From Guillardia theta CCMP2712 (Eukaryota; Protista; Cryptophyta): a stretch of 64,000 nucleotides of DNA. The notes beneath the pieces were generated by a model, which ran no database searches, was not told the origin of the DNA, and saw only the letters and a program-made list of their open reading frames with translations. Within the stretch, counting starts at the first letter, position 1. Every line of letters begins with the position of its first letter. The stretch spans positions 124,001 through 188,000 of the forward strand of contig NW_005434609.1 of NCBI RefSeq assembly GCF_000315625.1, given 5' to 3'. Below are positions 11,926-22,324 of the stretch, in pieces. Position numbers and translations under genes: made by a program.

Positions 11926-12047
11926 TTTCCAACAGCGTTTCCAATTTAGACAGGGACATGAGGGCGATGAACTCGATGTTGAAGGGATGGCCCGTCCGTG
12001 CCAAAGAGCTCTATAACGGGAACGCAACGGTTGTCTCTTCGTCCGCC

Positions 12048-12977
12048 ATGCTCAAACTGATCTTCGGGGCTGGGCTGGCGCTGGCATGCGTTCTGGCGCT
12101 GCTGTTGACGAGGGGGGCGGATGAGGTGGAATTGCTTCAGAAGCAGAGGAGCATCCTCAAGGTGCACAGTGTGTCCTACTACCAGAGCCTAGCAGACGCA
12201 GACAGATGGGAGATGGGGCCACACACGGGAGCCTCCCTTGAAGGAAGGACACAGCTGCTGGATCAAGTGTCTGGGGATGTGGGGATGAGGTCGAGATTCG
12301 AAGCATTGACCAAACAGTGCTCTGATGGCAGCGATCAGGCATGTTTGGAGATAGCGCAGAACAAGCAATATCTGAACCAGTTGTCCACCACTGTTCACCA
12401 CAAGAGGCCCGCCAGAGCTTCACGAGCGTCTCCATCAAGCAATCAAATGAACTTGCAGGCAGTGTCGAAACAGTTGGAGCCTTTGAAGAAGCTGAGTGCG
12501 TACTCCAAGACGTACCAGGACATGGCGGATGTGAAGGGACTGTGGGACTCGTCGAAATGGCAATCCGGGGCATTGGGAGACGTGGTTTCAAGTCAATGGT
12601 TGGAGGCGTGTTCGGAGGGGAATCAGGCAGCGTGCAACCACATTGCCAGGAGTAACGGTGCGCTAAACCAGCTCTTGCAATCTAGCATTCAACCAGGGCC
12701 CCCTATCGAGGCGTACATGCCCTCCGACGCTCCCAAGCCTGTCTTTGTGAAGCCGAAACCTCCTCAGCCTGGATTGTTCACGAGCTTCATGCAAGCTCTT
12801 GGGTTGAGTGACGAGTTTGATAACAGTGGCGTCACGGCAGAAAAAATTCCAAAGATGCTTCCAGACAACGGGTTCAGCAGGGCTCCAAAGTACAAGGCTG
12901 TATGGAACGACGGGACTATTGCGCCAAGTTTGTCCGACAATGCTGGAAACAAGGACTTGTTCCCAGCTTTCCAGTGA
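12048..12977 (+). CDS. Hypothetical secreted or signal-anchored protein with two C-S-x-G-x3-A-C motifs
   Basis: gccATG at 12048; MLKLIFGAGLALACVLALLLTRG hydrophobic N-terminus; intronless 309-aa ORF containing QCSDGSDQACLEIA and ACSEGNQAACNHIA. Confidence 0.7.
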   Translation: MLKLIFGAGLALACVLALLLTRGADEVELLQKQRSILKVHSVSYYQSLADADRWEMGPHTGASLEGRTQLLDQVSGDVGMRSRFEALTKQCSDGSDQACLEIAQNKQYLNQLSTTVHHKRPARASRASPSSNQMNLQAVSKQLEPLKKLSAYSKTYQDMADVKGLWDSSKWQSGALGDVVSSQWLEACSEGNQAACNHIARSNGALNQLLQSSIQPGPPIEAYMPSDAPKPVFVKPKPPQPGLFTSFMQALGLSDEFDNSGVTAEKIPKMLPDNGFSRAPKYKAVWNDGTIAPSLSDNAGNKDLFPAFQ

Positions 12978-13552
12978 GTTCATAATGATTTCATTCTTCT
13001 TCTCTACCCTCTACCTGCGATTTCTTGTTGGTTTGACTCCCGCTCTCGCAGTGAATCGCTGTTCTCCGACAGTGTGAAGCCAAGCGCGCCAAGCACTGAG
13101 TATCACTAGAGCGAAGGCATTCCACTAACTCTGCTGTGCTGGAGGACATACTGTGTTGTTATTGTTGTCAATTCTCTCTCTCTCTCTCTCTCTCGTCCAT
13201 CCACTTTTCCTTTTTGACTCTGTTTACTAAAGAATTCCAATCTTGCTAAGTTGCAAAGCGGTACAGGAGCGAAATAGTGTGCCCGAGCTATTTCCTCGGT
13301 TCCCTCCTCACCTATCTTACACTTGAAGCACACATCCTAGCCCACTTCAGGAAGAGTATATCTGTTCATCAGTGGAGTACCCGGCAGAAATAGTAGTGTA
13401 TACCAACTTACTTACCAACAGTCGATGTACAAGTCAACGGTATGTGGAAACATAACAAGATCACATGAACTGCAAGACGAGAGCTGATGTTGCTGTCACG
13501 GAATGCTTTGAGCGATACAGAGGTGTGGTTTACATGGTCCAACTTCTTGATC

Positions 13553-13600
13553 TTTTTTTAACCTTTTTTATCTTTTTTTCAGCTTTTTTTTAGCTTTTTT
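13553..13600. other. Five helically phased T-tracts (candidate intrinsically bent DNA)
   Basis: T6-8 tracts start at 13553, 13564, 13573, 13584 and 13595; mean spacing 10.5 bp. Confidence 0.7.
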
Positions 13601-14339
13601 CCTACTCGCAACAATGAGGGCTTTCCAGGGCCCCCCACCCTCACCCCCAATTCATGACTTATTGCACCGAGAAGTACCGGTCATAAAACAGTGTGGCACT
13701 CATACAAGGGTGGGTACGTAATACACCCACCCCCTCAAAACTACTCCCTTGCAAGAATTTCCCCGATGAAAATGAGGGAAAAGAGGTTTGAGGATTTAGA
13801 GGGGGAGCGAGGAGCAGGAGGAGAAGGGAGAAGGCGAACGAGGAGAAGGAAGAGGATGGAGATGAATGAGAAGGCTGAGTGGATGAGTATACTCAGGTAC
13901 GAGGTAGTACAAGATAGCAAACAAAGAGATTTTTCCAGATTCGATTGAAGGTAAGAGGGACACTGATTTTGAGCAAGCTGATACAAAGGATGTTCGATGG
14001 AGAAGAGCGAGCAGGAAATAGTAGCCGTATGATATGATAGCAAAGGATGAGATAAGTGCAAGAATTGAGCGCGGAATGCTGAGATGGGAGATGGTAGTGT
14101 CCCAAAACCGGGGAGTATGATATCGCATAATGACTTCTTGGAAAAAAGAGAGGATGAAGATGTAAATTTTAAGATGCCGAAGAGAAAATACGGAAATACC
14201 ATCGTCAGCCTCGTGTTGCTGACAGCTTGTTGTGTTTTCCAGATGGATCGCCGTGGGATGCCAACAGATTAAGCTTGCTTCGCAAGACACTTGATTGTTT
14301 GCTGCTGAGAATTACTTTGCTCTGATTGTTGGCATTGAG

Positions 14340-16664
14340 ATGCCATATCGTGAGAACATTGAAGATGGGGAAGACGACAACATTCCACTACATGAGAGTA
14401 AGATGAGCTGCCGGTTTGCCTGGTTGGTTCTGATGTTTGATCTTTGCGACAGATGTGAACGCCAAAGGAAAACCTCGGTCATCGATCCTCTCGAAGTTTG
14501 TTTTCCACGATGAGACGGACGGGAGTGAGGAGAAGAGCTTCAGGCTCAAGCATGTCCTCTTGTTGTGCTTCGGATGCTTCGTGCTCGGCTGTGTGGTAGC
14601 TTCGCTCTTTGCGGGAACAGGGAAACCTTGCGTAAGAAGCTCGATCGACGAGGCTCAAGTTGTGCCGCCTGCAGGAGTCGATCCTCCAGCTCCACACGAG
14701 AGCCCGAGTCCTACTCCTCTCCCTCCTGCGATCCAGGACGAGATCGAGGGGATGAAGAAGGATCTGGACAAGTTGGTGGACTATCACGTGGCAGGAGCAG
14801 GCAAAGGAGTAGCGTACAGACGCACTGCAGACTTCGTGGACAGGTATGGCCACAGGTTCACAGGGACAGAGAACCTTGAGAGGTCAATCGACCATCTTGA
14901 GTCGATTGTCAGGCAAGATGGCTTCAACGACGTTCACTTCGAGTCCGTCAGCGTTCCTCGCTGGGTCAGGGGGGAAGAAAGGTGTGTGCTGCTGTCGCCA
15001 CTGGTGGGCAATGCAACCAAGAAGCTTCCGATGCTCGGGCTTGGTTTCAGCGTGGGGACAGGGATGGAAGGGATCACTTCCGATGTCGTAGTCGTGAATT
15101 CCTTCGAGGATCTTGCCATGAAGTCAGACAAGGTGCGAGGTAAGATTGTGCTCTTCAACTTCCCTTGGACGAAGTACGGAGAGTGTACACCTTACCGCTA
15201 CCTTGGAGCCTCGTTTGCGGCCAAGTACGGAGCTGTTGCGGTTCTTATCCGCTCCCTTGCGTCCTTCTCTCTCTCTACACCCCACACTGGGTCGATGGGC
15301 TACATCAAGGGTGTCTTCGATGCAAAGTCAGCCAAGAACTATCAGGCAAGGATACCAGAGGCCCTCTTCGGAGATTATTCACAAGTGGAAAAGATCCCAT
15401 CAGCCGCTATCACAGCAGAGGATGCAGCGATGCTGCAGCGCATGCAGGAGCGAGGAGACAAGGTTGTTGTCCAGCTGCATATGAGCGCTCAGACCTTGAG
15501 TAATACGCCGAGTCGCAACACCATTGTGGAGATCAAGGGCTCCAAGTACCCCGACGAAGTTGTGATCGTGAGCGGGCATATCGATTCTTGGGATGTTGGG
15601 CAAGGGGCGATCGATGATGCGGGCCCGTCGTTTGTGGCCTACCAGGTAGTCAAGGCTGTGAAGGACCTCGGGCTGAAACCCAAGAGGACGTTACGAATGA
15701 TCTTCTGGACTGCCGAGGAGGTTGGGGTTGTGGGGGGGAGGCAGTACTACGAAGATCACAAGGGCGAAGCAGACAAGATCTCCATGGTCATCGAGCTCGA
15801 CTATAGCATCTTCACCGCGACTGGCGCGAGCTTGCGATCAGATGCGCCGACGCTTCTGGTCATGAGAGCAGTGGGAGAGTCTCTTGCCCGCATCGGTGGC
15901 TCGCATGTGTTCGCTGACGCAGGGTTCACCACATCCGACATGGGGAGGTTCGTCGAATCCCATCAGATCCCTGCCCTCACTGTTGCGCAAGTCCCCAAGT
16001 GAGTGCTTGAGTCACAGGAACATGAAGGGAGAGGAAGGGAGAGGGAGAAGGGGGGGGGGCAAGGGCAGAGTAAGTAGAGAGAAACAGACTAATACAAGTG
16101 GAGTGGGTCACAGGGTATCCGACTGAACTTTTCTCAGTGGCATTGGGCAAGTACGGCAGGATGGAAAATCTCCTTTCCCGCAAGACTTTCAGGGAGATTA
16201 CTTCTTCTACCATCACACCGACGCTGACAACATGCTGGTAAGCAACTTTTCCCCTCCCTTCCCCTCCTTCAGACTCTCCCTGAAAGCGCCGTCTTTTTCC
16301 ACATCCCTCCTCCTCCTCCTTCTCCTTCTATCCCTTGCACCTCGTCAACTCTTCCTCCCCTTGACTCTTGGCCGAACAGGCGCTGCAACCCTCTCAGATG
16401 GACAGAGCGGCTGCTGTGATCTCCGTGCATGCGTTCGCTGCGGCTTCCTTGGAAGCCATCTTCTCAAGTAAGCAGCAGCCTGCAATGCGGGAGGGAAGTG
16501 ACTTTTGCCAACAGGAGGTCCTCCTGTCAAGGAGGACAGCACTGCAATGTGCATTGCCGCATCTGGGGTTTGCAAATAAATTACGTAATGGAAACGTTTC
16601 CTGTGAGGGCAGCGTTGGAGTTTTCCTCGCTCTGTTACTTGCGAGAAGAAGAGAAGGAATGTAA
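14340..16664 (+). CDS. CPQ: Carboxypeptidase Q / plasma glutamate carboxypeptidase (peptidase M28 with PA domain), type II membrane anchor; multi-exon; 3' end approximate
   Basis: Motifs YGHRFTGTENLE, PRWVRGEE, LIRSLASFSLSTPHTG, GHIDSWDVGQGAIDDAG and WTAEEVG; later exon YFFYHHTDAD; N-terminal transmembrane segment VLLLCFGCFVLGCVVASLF. Confidence 0.9.
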
Positions 16665-16905
16665 ATCAAGAGGAGTGAATGAAGAGTGATTCAAGATAAT
16701 TTCTTTGAAATGTAAAGGTTTACATAAATTGAGGAAAAAAATTGGAGGAAAGGAAAGAAAACACCATCGGAAACGGATGACATCCTTACATACTGAGCTT
16801 GCTCAACCGAGGTAGACTGGACTGCATTGATAAGAGGCGGGCAGCAATGCTGTATGCTTACACCTGCTGGGCCATCCACAAGCTTGCCATGATTCACCAA
16901 GCACG

Positions 16906-17583
16906 TCAGTTCGAACCCATCATGTCATTGCCGGACTGCTCCCAGGACAAGTAAGATTGCAATGGCAGCCTATGATTGGGTGTGATGGCTGTAGGAGGAG
17001 GGACGAAGGAGTCGTCATTGGAAAACTCGCGCTCTTGGCTGTTTTCCTGCACTACCTGGTTGGCAAGATCCTCGAAAGGCCCGTCCTGTGACTGTACATC
17101 GACAAACGAGTCCAGATCGTCCTGGTGCGAGTCCTGACGAGCCTTCTCAGCTTTCTCCCATTCTTGCGATCGTTTGATCAGCTTGTCGTAGATGTCATCC
17201 ACAGGCTTCCATGTATCGTCATGATGCTCCTTGTCCCAATACCCGGCTCCCACCGCACGTTGCCCATTCTGCATGTCCGAGGCTCCATTGAGCATCTGCT
17301 GCTTTCCGCCGACCTTGAGAGCCGATAGTTCCTTCTTCAGGATCTTGATCTGTTTGTCCTCCAACCTTGCCAGCGCTGCCTCCTTGTGCGCTTGCTCCTT
17401 CAACAAGTTCACCCTAGGGTCGCTCCCTCGGAGCAACCCTTGCTTCATCGCAAGTACATCTCTTGCTCGCTGCCCATCCCCCATCGATGCTCCTCCTTGT
17501 TTGTCCCTCACCCCATCTTCCTGCATCATCGCAACCGCCACCATGGCGCCGATCGCCAGCACCGCCCCCACCCACTTCATCAT
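16906..17583 (-). CDS. Hypothetical secreted or signal-anchored protein with a coiled coil and an acidic C-terminal half
   Basis: MMKWVGAVLAIGAMVAVAMM hydrophobic N-terminus; intronless ORF; contains KQQML. Confidence 0.65.
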   Translation of the reverse strand: MMKWVGAVLAIGAMVAVAMMQEDGVRDKQGGASMGDGQRARDVLAMKQGLLRGSDPRVNLLKEQAHKEAALARLEDKQIKILKKELSALKVGGKQQMLNGASDMQNGQRAVGAGYWDKEHHDDTWKPVDDIYDKLIKRSQEWEKAEKARQDSHQDDLDSFVDVQSQDGPFEDLANQVVQENSQEREFSNDDSFVPPPTAITPNHRLPLQSYLSWEQSGNDMMGSN

Positions 17584-17719
17584 GCTGCCATACCCTATTT
17601 TCGTCACCCACTACCCTACCCCTACCCTACTCTTGACCTGAAAACACCCCTACCAACCCTTGCCACCACCACCCGTTCTAATCAGGACAATTGTACCCCA
17701 CCATACTACTACAGAGTCC

Positions 17720-18420
17720 TTGCCGCATTGGGCCCGCGGCCGGGCCGCGCCGCCGGCCCCGGGCGCCGGCCGCACCGGGTGTCCTGGCGCATTCGGATCG
17801 TCGGACAGTGGCGCCGCCCGGCCGGGTGCCGGGCCGGGGGGGTGGGGGGGGGGCGGTGTGGGGCTGCCCGACGAAATTCCGGCGCGCCACTACCAGCCAG
17901 GCCCGGAAAGTGACGCCGGCCGGCGCCGTTCCGGTGGCAGCCTCGGAACTCAGTCCGATCACTGCCCGGCGGTGACCGTCTGAGGCTGTGATGCCAGTCA
18001 CAGTGCCGCGAGTCCGCGGCACCGCGACGGACGGTCCCGGATGGGGACCGTCATGCGGAGACCGTCGGGCGGCCTGCCCAAGCTGTGCCGCGTCACGGTC
18101 CGATCTGGCCCGTCCGGCCCGGGGAATCCGGGCCCACTCAGCGCCGGACTCCGGGGGCGGTAATCAGCACAAGTCCGACTCGGAGCCAGTGCCACGGTGG
18201 GCCCTGCCTGCTCCTGGCCACCGTCACACGGCCATCATGGCATGGCGGCACGGTGAGCGGCACGGTGCCCGCGGCGGCGGGCCGGGCCGCCACCCGGGCC
18301 GGGACTCAGTGAGACCCGGCATTTCCTCTCCACCAGTAGAAACCCGGAGGAAAAGAGGCCCGGGGTCCTCATGTGATAACTGATGTGATGAAGGGTAGGT
18401 CCGGTATAGTGTACGGTAGT
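17720..18420. repeat. GC-rich intergenic motif island, copy 2 (the largest), between divergent genes
   Basis: About 700 bp of CCGG/GGCC/GTCAC/GACTC/CACGGT words, with G-runs at about 17836-17853. ORFs in all frames are Pro/Arg/Gly/Ala junk. Confidence 0.65.
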
Positions 18421-18559
18421 GTTTCCTGCCAGTTCCTGGGGTGGGGAGTCGGAGGGCTCATGGAGACGAGGAGGCGCGATGAGAATGAGGGGAAGAGAAG
18501 AGAGGAAGAAGACGATGCTGGGGCATGACGAAGACCTGTGAACGAGAGAGTCTGCAAGG

Positions 18560-19432
18560 ATGAACATAGCTCGGTTGTTCATCCTAGCATGCTACCTTGA
18601 CCTCACGTGTTCTCTTCAGTCCTTGATCGGTGGCAGCATATCATGGATTGTAAACACAAACTTCACTCGTGATATCGCCTCTAGAAATGTCATATTCAGG
18701 ATCGATGCGACTTTTGTTCTCCCTCAAAACTCGCAATGTAAATTTGCGGAAAACAGTCAGGTCGATTGCTCTGCATACGACATGGCAATACCCGATTGTC
18801 CTGCAAATGGGAACTGTGGGATTGCAGAAAATTTCGGAGTCCTGTGTATTGCACAGCTGGTGCCGCAAGGGGCTGGTGGGATGAAGTCAAAGTACACGAG
18901 CAACAGCTCTCAGTGCGCGTCAGACGCCACCAGTGATATCATCGGATGTTCACCAGGCACTTCATGCAGTAGCAAGATAGGCAAATCCAACACTTTAATC
19001 TTGACCGACATCTGGAACGAGCCAAACCTGCCTCTGTCCTCAGCCTATGCTCCGAATGGGGTAAGCATGTTGAAAGGCTACATGGAGCATACTGTTCAAG
19101 TTGATGAGGACGTCGTCGCTCTCGTCGCTTGGCTTGCTCCCAGGAAAGGGTTCGACAATCTAGATCAGTCGACGGGGCTGTTGCTCAACGGTTGTTCTAC
19201 CAACTCCCCGCCATGTCTTGCGAATGAGTGCAGCCTTTGGCGGGTACCGTTACCGAATGCGTATGGATATGGAGGAGCAGCTTTTTACGAGGACTCATCG
19301 TCCATCAATGATCTTTACTGGCGAAACTTTTTCTTTGAGTGCTCCCCTGCTCTGCCAGGCGTGAACTGCCTTCGAGGAGCTTCCCCAGCACTTGAAACAT
19401 TTGTTCCTCTCTGCTCCAAACTGTATAGCTCG

Positions 19433-19465
<33 letters not shown>

Positions 19466-22108
19466 CCATACAACTCCTCAACATCTAACACATCACAGAC
19501 ATCAGACACAACCAGCACATCTTACACATCAAACATGCCGACATCACAAGCATCAAACGCATTACACAGTGACATGTGGCTTTGCGATGTTTCTGGAATA
19601 GTCAATTGGCATTCTCCTATTGCTCTGTTCCCGGATGTCATCGCTGTTGCAACAGGAGCAGCCATTGAGGAGAACCCATTCAAGTACAAGTCTATTGATG
19701 GAGGTTCGATCAGTGCGCCATATGCTACAATGGAGTTTCACTCGTATGACTTAGATGGGCATCTCATGACGCAGTATTCCCCAAATCTGGTCGAAGAAAT
19801 CCTCGCAAAGGATCGAAAGTACGGCCGCGGTGTTCCTTACTCAATCATGGACACGGCAACGTGTAGATTTAATGACACTCAGAGCTTCCGAGTGGATTGC
19901 ATTGCTACCACAAGCTATCTTGACTCTAGCGACTGGAAACTTGCGAATACTTCCACCGGATGCTACATCTTCAATGGCTCCAGCAATACGAGCAATCACA
20001 TCAAACCTGATTTCTCCTTCCAAGATTTCAAAGGATTGAAAGTTTTCCCCTTCTTCACCCAGCATGTGATGGATACCATTGACTTCCCCAATGCATCTGA
20101 CTACACTCTTAATTGGAACTCTTCCACGGGTCAAGCCGCCGTTCAGAACGTCTTCTCACTTTACCCTTGCAATGCAGGGAGCAGCAATCAACCTCCAATG
20201 TTTGTTTCTGGATTCCCTTCACTCACAGAGCAAGTAACCAAAGTCTATAACCTCAGCATCGTGGACACGCATGCCATCAAGCTGTATGCAGCAGACTTTG
20301 TTCCAGGCTCTCGCACCCTTACAAGCAGCCAAGTCGTTGTAGATTATTATCCTGGGTTTCGGGCTAAACCTAGTGATCTCGTTCTTGTGCATTCTAGCCC
20401 GGGACTGGCAGAGTACGAGTACACGTTCCGCCCTTTGGATCACCTGGATTTGGTTGGAAATGGCCAACCCTCAAAGTTCAGGCAGAACGTGACAGTGATT
20501 TGTTTTGCGGCATATGATCTGGATGTGAACGGCAAGTACATGACCAACGCAACCTCCAAGACTTGTCCTTCGATGCCTCTCTGCATCAAAATTCACCTTT
20601 ATGTTCCTGAGTATCATGTGATCCTCTCTTTTCATTGATCGAGACTCTGTGTCTGATGTTTCATCCAGGATTGTTTCTTGTTCTATCCCAACATTCAGTG
20701 TTGGAACACCGTCGCCGAAACCGTGCCGGCAATGGTCGACCACGAGAAACTCCCTCCGAGGATGTTTAAACCCTCTGACTGGAGCTCCGTCCTGCTGCCA
20801 GAGCAGCCGAAGATAGTCTATGCTCGAGTCAACATCAACTTTCGTTACACGTTTGTCGCGCTGGTACGCAGCAGTTCTTCTCTGTGACATCAAACAGCGC
20901 TGACTGCCTGCAGATGCCAAATCCGAACCAGAACCAGATAGAGCTCTTCATCTCCAGCCCAACCTCAGCCAACCCTCCTGGGATGAAGTTCTTGCAGAGG
21001 TCCTGCGTCAACTTCGAGCAGAACTGGACATCGTGTCGAGGACAGACAGACCTTGTCTTTCGTAGCGGCATCAATGTTGATTATCCCTCATCGTCCTGCG
21101 GCAGGTTTGACGGCACCATTGAATGGTTCCCCCAGCCCTTCAATGCTGGCAAGTCTTACCAGGTCTGTGCGACCCCCATGGTCTCATCGCATTCGTGCTT
21201 GAACACTTGGCTGAACCAGCAGCGTTGCATCGTCATCCAAGTGATGGACGTGCGGGTGAGGTGGGGAGGATTCTTTCAGGACCATTACCTGTCAGACTTC
21301 ACAACATCCGCGTTCATCGGCTGCACCAAGAAGTGGAACATCACTGTGCAGAACCTCAACATGGACAGCACGGGCCCAAATTATCCCTTGTTGGTTTACC
21401 TCCAAAACATCTCGATCGACGCCAAGGATGCCGTGAAGGAAGGCCCTGCCTACACGTTCTCATGGACTCCGACGTTTGACATGGCGGGAAAGTCGCTGGA
21501 CATGTGTTTTGCGGCGATCGACACACTTGGGATCCTGGGGAACGCAAGGCCGCTGCTGTGCAAGGGAGGGGGGAACAACTTGTATGGGTGTACAACAGAC
21601 TTTGACTGTCCGGATGGTGTTTGCCAGAGTGCCTGCATCCACCTACGAGTTCAGAAGTGTCAATATTGCATTCAAACCATGACGAGCTTGGAGCTGCTGG
21701 CTGACACGATCCAGCCCAGGACTGACTGGATGAGATTATGGGCGTTGAATTCTTACCAAGGGAAGACTTATGCAGCGGGGAACATCGTCGGGATTCAATT
21801 CCTTCCGCAACTTTATCCCCAGATAAGTATCGACGATCCTGGTTTCATCACGCCTACTGCCTACGATCAAGGTCGAGTCCTCTCATTCGGCGTGTTGTAC
21901 CGCCCTGGTCTTGATCAGTCCATCGCTGACTTGGCCGTGAGGTAAGTCATTGCTATGTTGTAAGTCATATGTGACTGACGTTGTTGTGAACAGATTCAGG
22001 ACAACCGTGAAAGCGATTCTTACTTTGAATCCTGACATAGAAGCAAGCATGCTCGTCATTCCAGCCAACCAACTCCTCTGTCTGCAGCCGTGTTCTACGT
22101 GGTACTGA
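18560..22108 (+). CDS. Large secreted Cys-rich modular protein with Ig-like repeats and C-terminal LysM-like domain(s); about 4 exons
   Basis: Signal peptide MNIARLFILACYLDLTCS; introns at about 20612-20668, 20863-20913 and 21942-21993. The C-terminus DQSIADLAVR|FRTTVKAILTLNPDI...IPANQLLCLQPC matches the LysM pattern. Poly-Ser encoded by (TCA)n at about 19432-19464. Confidence 0.75.
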
Positions 22109-22324
22109 CGCCACCCTCCCACTCTCTTCCTCCCCGTACATTACCTGTCTATTGTGAAATACTCAAGAATGAACAACTCTGAACAAGATCCTGCTGTCTC
22201 CTTCCTTCCTCCTGCTGTTGGCTTCAAGTTCCACCATGAGAGCGTGAAGCTCCAGTGTGGAGAAAGTTGCTCCGACACAGTCTATTTACATGATGCGAGT
22301 GCGCCTCAGGTTACCTGAGCAGTC

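Noticed and set aside
17386-18383. Several Pro/Arg/Gly-rich ORFs on both strands
   Set aside because: Open frames are expected from extreme GC content; they contain no domains and show no consistent strand.
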